From positions 17,865 through 81,864 of the forward strand of contig JACDHS010000006.1 in assembly GCA_013820875.1 (NCBI GenBank): a DNA stretch of 64,000 nucleotides, read 5' to 3'. The position numbers were made by a program, and so were the translations under genes. Below the pieces are notes generated by a model that had not been told where the DNA came from, made no database searches, and saw only the letters and a list, made by a program, of their open reading frames with translations. The stretch comes from Verrucomicrobiota bacterium (GTDB taxonomy: Bacteria > Verrucomicrobiota > Verrucomicrobiia > Limisphaerales > JACDHS01). Shown here one piece after another: positions 53,207 through 62,051 of the stretch; the first letter of the stretch is position 1; each line of letters starts with the position of its first letter.

Positions 53207-53300
53207 ACCACGAATGGACACGAATAAACACTAATGAAGACAGTTAACGACTACTCCAAGTTGGTCCCATTCGTGTCTATTAGTGTTCATTCGTGGTTTC
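53207..53300. repeat. 10-bp unit repeat (YATTMGTGTY) with an inverted partner, forming a long imperfect hairpin
   Basis: The right arm is cattcgtgtc tattagtgtt cattcgtggtttc (53268-53300). The left arm is aaccacgaatg gacacgaata aacactaatg (53207-53237). The architecture matches 1167-1288. Confidence 0.85.
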
Positions 53301-53341
53301 GTCCTTATTTCCGTGTTATTCTGTGTGCTCCGTGGGCCAAT

Positions 53342-54292
53342 TCACTTTGGCAGCCATTTCTCCCAGTTTTTGGCGAACTCATCCACGTTCTCTTTGGTAA
53401 CTGGCATCAACGGGCTGACATCCCGGACGGTCTCCGGATCTTTTTTAAGATGAACCTTGTTAATCAAATGTTCGACGGAACGAAAACCCCATTCGTAGCA
53501 TTGCTGGGCGAGAAGCATCTGGACGTGGCCGCTCCGCAGGTAGGCGAGTTGCGGTGGTAAGGCATCCACTGAAACACATTTCACCGTGCCCGGTTCCCAT
53601 TTCAGCGCATTGTCGGTGAACAATGGCCAGCCACCGATCATTGCCCAGCCAGTGATCTCCGGGTTGGATTGCATCACCTGTTCCACACGGGCGGCGGCGT
53701 CCTGCGGCGTTTCTTTGTGATAATAGGTATCGGCGATCTTGATGCCTGGATATTTCTTCGCCGCATTTCGGACCCCTTGCGCGCGCTTCTGCAGATTGGG
53801 CGCATTCTGGTTGCCGGCGAGAATGGCGATCGTTCCGCGGCCCTTCATGATTTTGGCGAGTTCTTCCATGACCTGTTCGCCGCATTTAATGTCGTCCACG
53901 CCGTAAGTGACGAAACGGCGACTGTTCGGCGCATCGGAATCGAAGGTCGCAACCGGCACACCATTCTTCACGGCGGAATTGATTGCATCGGTAAGTTTGT
54001 TGGCATCGGAACAACTGACGGCGATTCCATCCGCCCCGGCGAGCACGAGTTGTTCGATGGCTTCCGCTTGTTTCTGCGCGTCTTCTTCGTTAGGCGTGCG
54101 CCAATCTATTTTGATCTTTACTCCGTGTTTCTCCGAAAGCTCTTTTGCAGCAGCTTCAGCCCCGACACGAGCCGCTTGAAAGACCGGGTTGCCTTGCGAT
54201 TTTGCCACCAGGCCGATGGTGTAACTCTTGGTTTGTGCAAGGGCAGTTCCAGCCAGTCCAATTGATAAAAGAATTCCAAAGAAGGTTTTCAT
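53342..54292 (-). CDS. Sugar ABC transporter substrate-binding protein (RbsB/PBP1-like)
   Basis: It has a signal peptide. YTIGLVAKSQGNPVFQAARVGAE matches the periplasmic-binding-protein type I pattern. Confidence 0.8.
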   Translation of the reverse strand: MKTFFGILLSIGLAGTALAQTKSYTIGLVAKSQGNPVFQAARVGAEAAAKELSEKHGVKIKIDWRTPNEEDAQKQAEAIEQLVLAGADGIAVSCSDANKLTDAINSAVKNGVPVATFDSDAPNSRRFVTYGVDDIKCGEQVMEELAKIMKGRGTIAILAGNQNAPNLQKRAQGVRNAAKKYPGIKIADTYYHKETPQDAAARVEQVMQSNPEITGWAMIGGWPLFTDNALKWEPGTVKCVSVDALPPQLAYLRSGHVQMLLAQQCYEWGFRSVEHLINKVHLKKDPETVRDVSPLMPVTKENVDEFAKNWEKWLPK

Positions 54293-54334
54293 AAAGTGTG
54301 TGTGCGGATTGATACCGCAAAACCCACCTTACGT

Positions 54335-55456
54335 TCAACTCTTGAGAAGGCGACGTTTCGCGATCCAGTTGTTCAATTGATCCAGCACCACGGCAACAAT
54401 CACCACCGCCCCGATGATGATCTGGCTGTAGTTCTGATCAATGCCCAGAATAACAATCCCACTGGAAATCATTTGTATTAGCAACGCCCCGAGAATCGCA
54501 CCAAAGGCAGAACCTTTTCCACCCGACAAACTCGCTCCCCCGACCACTGCCGCCGCAATCACGTTCAGTTCATAGCCGGAACCATCGCCCGAAGTGGCCG
54601 CGCCATAGTAACCGAGAGAAAGCATCGCAGCGATCCCCGCCGTAAGACCCGAAATTATAAAGACGCTAAGCTTCACCCGCGTCACGCGAATGCCGCTGAA
54701 CCGACTCGCCAATTCATTTCCTCCGACCGCATAAACCCGCCGACCGGCTGCCAGGCGCGACAAATAAATTCCTCCCACGATCGCAACAAGGATCATGACC
54801 GCCAACGGAACCAAACTCAAACCGCCCTCGGTTTCCCATCGGATTAAATCACGAAACGATTGTGGAAAACCGCCAATCGATTGTCCCTTGGTGGCGACGA
54901 ACGCGATTCCGCGGAAAATCGCCATCGTGCCCAGCGTGATAATAAAAGGATGCACCTTGAGCGCGGTAATCATCGCGCCGTTGGCCAACCCACACACCGT
55001 TCCCACCCCTACGCAAACCAGTATCCCGAGAGCCACCGGCAGAAACCCGGCCGCCGCCGATCCTTCCGGGCCGAACTTATTTAAAAACATCGCCGCCAGC
55101 ACCGAAGCCAGCGCATAGATGGCACCCACCGAAAGATCAATTCCGCCCGCAATAATCACGAACGTCGCCCCCACTGCCATGATCGCAATGAAACTGGTAT
55201 CCTTGGCGAGTTGCGCGAGGTTTTGGGCGTTGAAGAATTTATTCTTCTCCACAAACACCAATTCCTTTTCTCCCTCCGCATTCGTCGTGAAAACCCGAAC
55301 CCGTTCACCTTCCGCATTCGTCTCAAACTGCGGCACCCGGACCGAACCACCGAAGATCGTGAGCAGCAGCCCGAGTAGAACGATCACCACTAACAGTCCT
55401 CCCTCCTGCAATCGCAAAGCAAAGAGCGCGCTGGTTTTCGGTGTGGCTGAACTCAT
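54335..55456 (-). CDS. Sugar ABC transporter permease (RbsC/AraH family)
   Basis: Trimmed to ATG 55456. It has about 10 TM segments. GGIDLSVGAIYAL and GGxELAxRxSGI are family motifs. Confidence 0.8.
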   Translation of the reverse strand: MSSATPKTSALFALRLQEGGLLVVIVLLGLLLTIFGGSVRVPQFETNAEGERVRVFTTNAEGEKELVFVEKNKFFNAQNLAQLAKDTSFIAIMAVGATFVIIAGGIDLSVGAIYALASVLAAMFLNKFGPEGSAAAGFLPVALGILVCVGVGTVCGLANGAMITALKVHPFIITLGTMAIFRGIAFVATKGQSIGGFPQSFRDLIRWETEGGLSLVPLAVMILVAIVGGIYLSRLAAGRRVYAVGGNELASRFSGIRVTRVKLSVFIISGLTAGIAAMLSLGYYGAATSGDGSGYELNVIAAAVVGGASLSGGKGSAFGAILGALLIQMISSGIVILGIDQNYSQIIIGAVVIVAVVLDQLNNWIAKRRLLKS

Positions 55457-56039
55457 TGAAGCCGCGACGCTAACAAAGGAACGGAGGCGCTGACAAGTTT
55501 TTGGCGGGGAGTGGCCGTGTGAGAGCAATCGTCTGTCGAGCGACTTGTGGACGGAATGCATCGTCCGGTGGGGCGTTGCTGCGCCGATTCCCTGATTTCT
55601 GCCTTCCGCAATTCAGCTTAATGCAGCTTGCGTGCGTGTTGTTGTTGTGAGCCGAAAGGGATCCTTGTCAGACGTCGGCGCAGCAACGCCCCACCACGCG
55701 CACGCCTGGGTGGACGTAAACAGACATTATGTTCTGCGTCACCTGGGAGGGATGAGATTACCACCACCTTTTCGGCGTAAAGAGTCGGGGGGCCGGTTGT
55801 TGGGATGGATTTTACAAGGAAATACACAAGTTGTTTCTTCGTATGGCATTCCGATATAAGGATTATGGTTAAGAAAGGAGGCGATTCGGCCTTCCATTTG
55901 GTTTTTTCCCGTTTTTGCTGTAGATTGGGCCAAATAGAGGAACCCATCAGCGGTTTTACCTGTTGACGCTCTCGGTGAACGCTTCATAAGGTATCCGCAT
56001 GCCTCGTAAGCACATGATGTGTTTTGGGCAAAAAAGCTT

Positions 56040-56252
56040 ATGGCTGAAGGATATTGTGTAAAGTGTAAGGCCAAACAGGAGATTGTGGACGCGGTCGAAG
56101 AAGTAATGAAGAACGGTCGCAAAGCAATCAAAGGACGCTGCCCCACTTGTGGGACGGTCATGTTCAAAATCCTTGGCGGCAAAACAACCTCTCCCACAGC
56201 CGTTAACTCGGATACCCCGGAAAAACCCGGATCGGCTCAGTCGAACTCTTAA
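56040..56252 (+). CDS. Small zinc-ribbon protein (CxxC...CxxC; DUF5679-like)
   Basis: Trimmed to ATG 56040. MAEGYCVKCKAKQEIVDAVEEVMKNGRKAIKGRCPTCGTVMFKILG. Confidence 0.6.
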   Translation: MAEGYCVKCKAKQEIVDAVEEVMKNGRKAIKGRCPTCGTVMFKILGGKTTSPTAVNSDTPEKPGSAQSNS

Positions 56253-56255
56253 ATT

Positions 56256-57428
56256 ATGTCCCAGGAACTCGCATACGTCATTATTACCCCTTATTCCCTG
56301 CACAAAAGCCGCACCGGCGGTATTTTTGCTCGGTTAATTACTCGCACAGGTCTGGATTTGGTCGGCGCCCGCATGTTTGCCCCCAGTGCAGAGCTGGCGA
56401 AGGCTTACTCAGAAGCGATCATTTCACCGGCTGACTCCCAGGATGGGCAGGTCCAGGAGTTGATTCGCGATTACATCCTGAAGAATTTTTCTCCAGACGC
56501 GAAGAGCGGCCGTCGTCGCCGCGTCATGATGCTGCTGTTCAAGGGAGACGATGCCGTCCGGAAAATCCGGTCGGTGGCTGGCAACATCAGCGCGGATCGT
56601 CGTGGCGGTGAAACCATCCGGGACACCTTTGGCGACCTCGTCTTGGATGACAGCGGCAAAGTCGTTTATTTTGAGCCTGCTATATTGGCTGCTCCGAACC
56701 AGCAGGAAGCGGAAGCGAAACTGAAGCTCTGGGGCAAATATTCGGATACTGACGGGGGCATCCTGCAGGATACCATTGCGTATCAGGATGACGAAACGCC
56801 GCAACGCACGCTCGTCCTGATCAAGCCGGACAATTTCCGTTTTCCAACGGGTCGCCCTGGCAACGTGATTGATTTCTTTTCGCGCACAGGTCTTTACATC
56901 GTCGGCATCAAACTGCTGCAGATGAGTATCGCGCAGGCGAATGAATTTTATGGTCCTGTTCGTGATGTGCTTCGCAACAAGCTGAAGGATATGGTCGCCG
57001 GAAAAGCGAAAGGCGCGCTGGAAAAGGAATTTCACATGCAGATCCCGGATGCTGAAGTGAAGCAACTGGGCGACATCCTCGGGCCTGTCTATGGCGATAA
57101 CCAGTTTGAGAACATTGTGAAGTTTATGTCCGGCCATGCGCCCAGTGAAGTTCCTCAGGATAAATGGAACGAGCCTGGCACGGAAAAATGTATCGCGCTG
57201 GTATATGAAGGGGTCAATGCCGTCAGCAAAATCCGCGATGTCCTCGGGCCGACGGATCCTTCCAAAGCGCCTCCGGGATCGATTCGCCGTGAGTTCGGTC
57301 AGACGATCATGGTGAATGCCGCCCACGCAAGTGATGCTGAAGAGAATGCAGTGCGCGAAATCGAGATTGTCAAAGTGGCAGAGAACAACTTTAAAACGGT
57401 GATCGAAGAAGTTTACGGAAAGATTTAG
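56256..57428 (+). CDS. Tandem nucleoside-diphosphate-kinase-like domain protein
   Basis: The C-terminal domain has RTLVLIKPD and NAAHASD (the NDK active-site His context). The N-terminal domain (YVIITPYSL...) is NDK-like but lacks that His. Confidence 0.7.
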   Translation: MSQELAYVIITPYSLHKSRTGGIFARLITRTGLDLVGARMFAPSAELAKAYSEAIISPADSQDGQVQELIRDYILKNFSPDAKSGRRRRVMMLLFKGDDAVRKIRSVAGNISADRRGGETIRDTFGDLVLDDSGKVVYFEPAILAAPNQQEAEAKLKLWGKYSDTDGGILQDTIAYQDDETPQRTLVLIKPDNFRFPTGRPGNVIDFFSRTGLYIVGIKLLQMSIAQANEFYGPVRDVLRNKLKDMVAGKAKGALEKEFHMQIPDAEVKQLGDILGPVYGDNQFENIVKFMSGHAPSEVPQDKWNEPGTEKCIALVYEGVNAVSKIRDVLGPTDPSKAPPGSIRREFGQTIMVNAAHASDAEENAVREIEIVKVAENNFKTVIEEVYGKI

Positions 57429-57466
57429 TGACGTCAGGGCATAGTCGCCTGGACGTGTAAAGCTGT

Positions 57467-57498
57467 GGCCAACCGCGTGAGGCGGTTGGCCTTTTTTC
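57467..57498 (+). terminator. Intrinsic terminator
   Basis: ggccaaccgc-gtgag-gcggttggcc is a perfect 10-bp stem followed by ttttttct. Confidence 0.85.
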
Positions 57499-57524
57499 TA
57501 AAGTGTTGCCAGTTACTGTCCCGT

Positions 57525-59000
57525 TCAGCCCACTGAGTTGATGGCCGCGAGGATTTTATCCAGGAGCAAGTCCGGGGCGCAACCCAGCACCACGACTGCC
57601 GCCGCGAGAACGACAATCCCGATTCCTGCAAAAACGGGTGTTTGGATTGCCGTCGGAGAAACAGGCGCGTCAGCGACATATATCTGCTTGAGGATTTGCA
57701 GGTAGTAATAGAGTGAGATGGCACTGGCGCCGACAGCGGCAATGACGAGCCATAACATGCCGAGATCCTTTGCTGCACCTGCCGCCGAGGTAAACACGTA
57801 GAATTTCCCAAAGAAGCCGGCTAGCGGAGGAATCCCGGCGAGCGAAAGAATGAAAATAAGCATGCACCCCGACAAGACGGGAGCGCGGCGGCTGAGACCC
57901 GCGAAGTCAGTAAGCCTGTCGCGGCTACCGCTGTTTTCAACGATCGAAACCACCGCAAGACTGCCGAGGACGGTGATCGCATACGTGATCACGAAATAGA
58001 GGAGAGAGGCCATCGCGCGTTGCTCGTGCGCAAACAACGCCAGCAATGCGTAACCTGCCTGGGCAATGGCAGAATAGGCCAGGATGCGTTTCACACTCGT
58101 CTGGGCAATGGCCGCTATGTTCCCAAGCAACATCGATGCAAGTGCCAGCACTGCAATGACCGGCATCCAGCCTGAAACAAATTGTTGCCAGGCCGCGCTG
58201 CCGTGGTTCGATTCAAAGCCCTGGATAAGAATTCTCGCGAGGACAAAGAAGCAGCCCACCTTCGAACCGGACGCGATGAACGCAGCAATGGGAGTTGGCG
58301 CCGCATAATAGGTATCGGGAACCCAGAGATGAAGCGGCGCGGCGGCGATTTTGAAAGCGAATCCGATGAGCGTCATCACGAGCGCGACATAGAACACAGG
58401 TTCCACGGATTGCGCCTTCATGGCTGCAGCGATGGCGCCAAGTTCCGTATGCCCTGTGAGACCGTAAATCAAGCTGATGCCAAACAGTGTGAAGGCCGCC
58501 GACATGCCGCCGAAGAAAAAATATTTCAACGCCGCTTCCGCTGACGCGAGGCTTGCCTTGTTGAAAGCGGACAACGCGTAAAGCGAAAGGCTGACGAGTT
58601 CAAGGGCGACGAAGATCATCAGCAGATTTTCCGAACTCACCAACAACATCAGCCCCACTGCAGCAAGGAGCAGAATCGCAAAATATTCACCCACGTGCGT
58701 GGTGAATTTCGCATTGAGAGAAACGATAATCGTGAAGATGGTGAGCCCGATCAGCACCTGCTTGATCAGTTGTGTCAGAGGGGTAAGCGAAAGCATCGGC
58801 AAGTTTGCGGTCCCCGACGACTGGCTGATCCAGACGATCGCCGCCAGACACGCGAGACAGGCAACCCCTCCTGATACAGCCAAACGGCGCTTTATCTCGT
58901 GTCCGCGCATGAACGCCAGATCGACCAGCAGCACGAGAAACGCTCCAGCGGTAACAATCAGTTCCGGTGCAACAGCTTTTAATAACTCAAACAAATTCAT
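57525..59000 (-). CDS. nuoN: NADH-quinone oxidoreductase subunit N
   Basis: Trimmed to ATG 59000, which overlaps the upstream stop (ATGA). It has 14 or so TM segments and an antiporter-like fold, and sits last in the nuoL-M-M-N order. Confidence 0.85.
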   Translation of the reverse strand: MNLFELLKAVAPELIVTAGAFLVLLVDLAFMRGHEIKRRLAVSGGVACLACLAAIVWISQSSGTANLPMLSLTPLTQLIKQVLIGLTIFTIIVSLNAKFTTHVGEYFAILLLAAVGLMLLVSSENLLMIFVALELVSLSLYALSAFNKASLASAEAALKYFFFGGMSAAFTLFGISLIYGLTGHTELGAIAAAMKAQSVEPVFYVALVMTLIGFAFKIAAAPLHLWVPDTYYAAPTPIAAFIASGSKVGCFFVLARILIQGFESNHGSAAWQQFVSGWMPVIAVLALASMLLGNIAAIAQTSVKRILAYSAIAQAGYALLALFAHEQRAMASLLYFVITYAITVLGSLAVVSIVENSGSRDRLTDFAGLSRRAPVLSGCMLIFILSLAGIPPLAGFFGKFYVFTSAAGAAKDLGMLWLVIAAVGASAISLYYYLQILKQIYVADAPVSPTAIQTPVFAGIGIVVLAAAVVVLGCAPDLLLDKILAAINSVG

Positions 59001-60493
59001 AGTGCGGCTCCCTTCCACAAGGGCTGCATGAGCGGCGAATTCAGTGCGGGATTGATCAGGTCGAGCAACAATTTCGGCCAGAGTCCAATGGCGACTGTAG
59101 TGGTCAGCAGAACCACCGCGCCGACTCGTTCCGGAATGGAGATGGCTTCAAAGTGCAGTCCGCCTGCCGGTTGTGTCTTTCCAGGTTCGTTCTCGGCAAA
59201 GAAAGCCTTGATCAACGCTCGTAGCATGAAGGCCGCACCAATCACAATTCCCGCTGCGGCTATGATGGTAAGACCAGGGAAAGTCTGCCATGCGCCAATG
59301 AGCACCTGCAGCTCAGCAACAAACCCGCTGAAACCCGGAAGACCCATCGAAGCCGCACTGGCGATCACGAAGGTGACCGCGGCAAACGGGAGAGCTTTGC
59401 TCAGGTTCATCGGTTGGAGTTCGTCAAGGTCGCGGGTATGTGCGCGTTCGTAAACCATGCGACCAACAACACCGAACAGAAGCCCGGCAATGATCCCGTG
59501 AGAGAACATCTGCAACACAGCGCCGCTCAAACCAATCTGGGTCAGAGTCATTAACCCGAGCAAAACAAATCCCATATGACTGACGCTCGAATAGCCGATG
59601 ACAAATTTGAAGTCTCGTTGGATCAGAGCCACCGTTGCGCCGTAAACAATCCCGATCACCGCCAGCAACGCAATTTCGTTGTGCCACCTTTCTAATCCGA
59701 GCGGGAAAAGAGTCATCGCCACTCGAAGCGCTCCGTATGCGCCAAGTTTCATCACCACCCCGGCGAGCAACATTGAAGCGGCTGTTGGCGCAGCGGAATG
59801 GCCCATGGGTGCCCAGGTATGAAACGGCCACAGGCCAGCAAGGATGGCGAAACCGATAAATACCAAAGGAAAGGCCCAGGCCTGGAAGGTCTCCGAGAAG
59901 GGGTAACTCGCGAGTTCCAGCAAATTGAAGCTGCTTGAGCCGGAGACAATGTAAGCCGCGATAATTCCAATCAGCACCATGGCGCTCCCGACAAACGAAT
60001 AGATCGCCAGCTTCATGGCGCCATACTCCCGGCGTTTCGAACCCCAGATCGCGATTAAAAAGTATTTCGGAACAATCGCGATCTCATAAAAGACGAACAA
60101 CAGGAAGAGGTCGAAGCTGAGGAACACACCATAAACGCCGCCGATCAGAGCGAAATAAAAGGCGAAGAACTCCTTCACGCGATGTTCGATATTCCAGGAA
60201 AACAGAACGCCGCACACCGCCGCGATCCCGGTGAGGAGAACAAGCGTAAGACTAATTCCGTCGGCCGCCAGGTAAAAACTAATTCCCAGATCCTTGATCC
60301 AGGGGATGTTTAGTATCTCGACGACTCCTGAAGAGCCGTTGGTTTGATACTGACAAATTGCGGCGACTCCGCAGAGCAACCCGGCGAGCGCTATCACCAG
60401 CGAAACCCAACGAATCAGACGCGCATTTTCCCGGGGCAGAAACACCAGTGCCGCCGCGCCGAGAAATGAAATGTAAATGGTCCAGGCGAGCAT
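58997..60493 (-). CDS. nuoM: NADH-quinone oxidoreductase subunit M
   Basis: 498 aa. MLAWTIYISFLGAAALVFLP... with the HxWxPxA-type motif FHTWAPMGHSAAPTAASMLLAG. Confidence 0.85.
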   Translation of the reverse strand: MLAWTIYISFLGAAALVFLPRENARLIRWVSLVIALAGLLCGVAAICQYQTNGSSGVVEILNIPWIKDLGISFYLAADGISLTLVLLTGIAAVCGVLFSWNIEHRVKEFFAFYFALIGGVYGVFLSFDLFLLFVFYEIAIVPKYFLIAIWGSKRREYGAMKLAIYSFVGSAMVLIGIIAAYIVSGSSSFNLLELASYPFSETFQAWAFPLVFIGFAILAGLWPFHTWAPMGHSAAPTAASMLLAGVVMKLGAYGALRVAMTLFPLGLERWHNEIALLAVIGIVYGATVALIQRDFKFVIGYSSVSHMGFVLLGLMTLTQIGLSGAVLQMFSHGIIAGLLFGVVGRMVYERAHTRDLDELQPMNLSKALPFAAVTFVIASAASMGLPGFSGFVAELQVLIGAWQTFPGLTIIAAAGIVIGAAFMLRALIKAFFAENEPGKTQPAGGLHFEAISIPERVGAVVLLTTTVAIGLWPKLLLDLINPALNSPLMQPLWKGAAL

Positions 60494-60494
60494 A

Positions 60495-62051
60495 CTAGAG
60501 ACTCAGTTGTTTGATAAGGTTCAGAACAGTGGGGTTGATGACGCCGATCACGATCTGCGGGAAAATTCCAAGGATGAACATCAATGCGATCACGGGCGCA
60601 ATCGTGAGGCGTTCTCGTGAGGTCAAATCGGTCCAACCGCTCCATTCCTTGCGCAACGGGCCTGTGAAGACCCGTTGCAAAATCGTGAGGAGCAAAACCG
60701 CCGTTACGAGGAGACCCACTGTTGAAATCGCCGCCGCCCACGGCACGAGCGGGAATGTTCCTTTGAAAATTAAGAATTCGCCGATGAAACCGTTCAAACC
60801 AGGCAATCCAAGCGACGCAAAAAGAGTGATGCCCAACAATCCACAGAATGCCGGCGCGACTTTGCGCAATCCGCCAAAGTCGTCAATGCCGCGCAATCCG
60901 CCACTGCGTTGCTCGATCAGACCAATAAAGCAGAACAGCGCCGACGCAGTAAGCCCGTGATTGAACATTTGCAGCATCACGCCGCTCAGCGCTGCCGATT
61001 TCTCGGTCGCTGAGTCTGTTCCGACACCGGTGATTTGCGCTGCGGCAAAAATTCCGAGCAGACAGTAACCGAGATGATTAATGGAGGAATAGGCGGCCAT
61101 CCGTTTGAGATCTTTTTGGGCCAATGCCGCGAAGGCGGAAAACACGATTGTTGCGACAGCCAGGATGAGAAGCGGCGTCAGCACTTCACGCATCTGTTCC
61201 GGAAAGATCGGCAGCAGAATTCGGATAAAGCCGTAAACGCCCATTTTTGACATCGCACCAGTGAGTACCATGGAAGTGCCGGTGGGCGCTTCTGCATACG
61301 CCGCAGGCAGCCATGTGTGAAATGGAATGAGCGGCACTTTGACAGCGAAACCGAGAAACACGCCGACGAAGATAAACATGGCGAGAGTCTGTTCGCTTTC
61401 GAAAAAGGTGCCGCCTAGCTTTGCAAACAGTGCAGATTTCAGTTCGCCTTTGCCCGCAATCTCCGCCAGGGCGATAAAGTCCCAGGTTCCGGTCGCCGCG
61501 TGGATCGCCAGGAACGACAGCAACATCGCAACGCTGCCGACCATCGTGTAAATGAAAAACTGGTAGGCGGCGCGTGTCCGCTCTTTTCCGCCCCAGACTT
61601 TAATCAGGAAAAACGCGGGGATCAGACTCAATTCCCAGAATAGAAACCAATGGAAGAAGTTGAGAGCCGTGAACGTGCCGAACAACCCGGCTTCCAGGAA
61701 CAGGAAGAGCGAAAAGTAGAGCTTCGGGTTCTTGTCAATTTTTGCCGAAGACAGCATCGCAAACGGAATGATGATCGCCGCCAACAACACCATCAGCAGA
61801 GACAATCCGTCGGCTGCCAGGAAATACTCAATCCCAAGGGAAGGAATCCACGCAGCGCGCTCGACAAACTGCAACCCGCCATCGGCCTTGAAGGAGAACC
61901 ATAGGGCCACAGCAAATGCCAGCGCCGCGAGACTGAATACAATGGCGAGCCTGCGGGCAAATTGTTTCCGTTCAGGATTGAGACAAGCGACGATGACCCC
62001 GCCGATCAGCGGAATGAGTGTCAGCGTTGTTAGAAAGGGAAATGAGTTCAT
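60495..62051 (-). CDS. nuoM: Second NuoM-like antiporter subunit
   Basis: Trimmed to ATG 62051, which overlaps the nuoL stop (ATGA). MNSFPFLTTLTLIPLIGG... and FHTWLPAAYAEAPTGTSMVLTG. It is paralogous to the next gene. Confidence 0.8.
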   Translation of the reverse strand: MNSFPFLTTLTLIPLIGGVIVACLNPERKQFARRLAIVFSLAALAFAVALWFSFKADGGLQFVERAAWIPSLGIEYFLAADGLSLLMVLLAAIIIPFAMLSSAKIDKNPKLYFSLFLFLEAGLFGTFTALNFFHWFLFWELSLIPAFFLIKVWGGKERTRAAYQFFIYTMVGSVAMLLSFLAIHAATGTWDFIALAEIAGKGELKSALFAKLGGTFFESEQTLAMFIFVGVFLGFAVKVPLIPFHTWLPAAYAEAPTGTSMVLTGAMSKMGVYGFIRILLPIFPEQMREVLTPLLILAVATIVFSAFAALAQKDLKRMAAYSSINHLGYCLLGIFAAAQITGVGTDSATEKSAALSGVMLQMFNHGLTASALFCFIGLIEQRSGGLRGIDDFGGLRKVAPAFCGLLGITLFASLGLPGLNGFIGEFLIFKGTFPLVPWAAAISTVGLLVTAVLLLTILQRVFTGPLRKEWSGWTDLTSRERLTIAPVIALMFILGIFPQIVIGVINPTVLNLIKQLSL

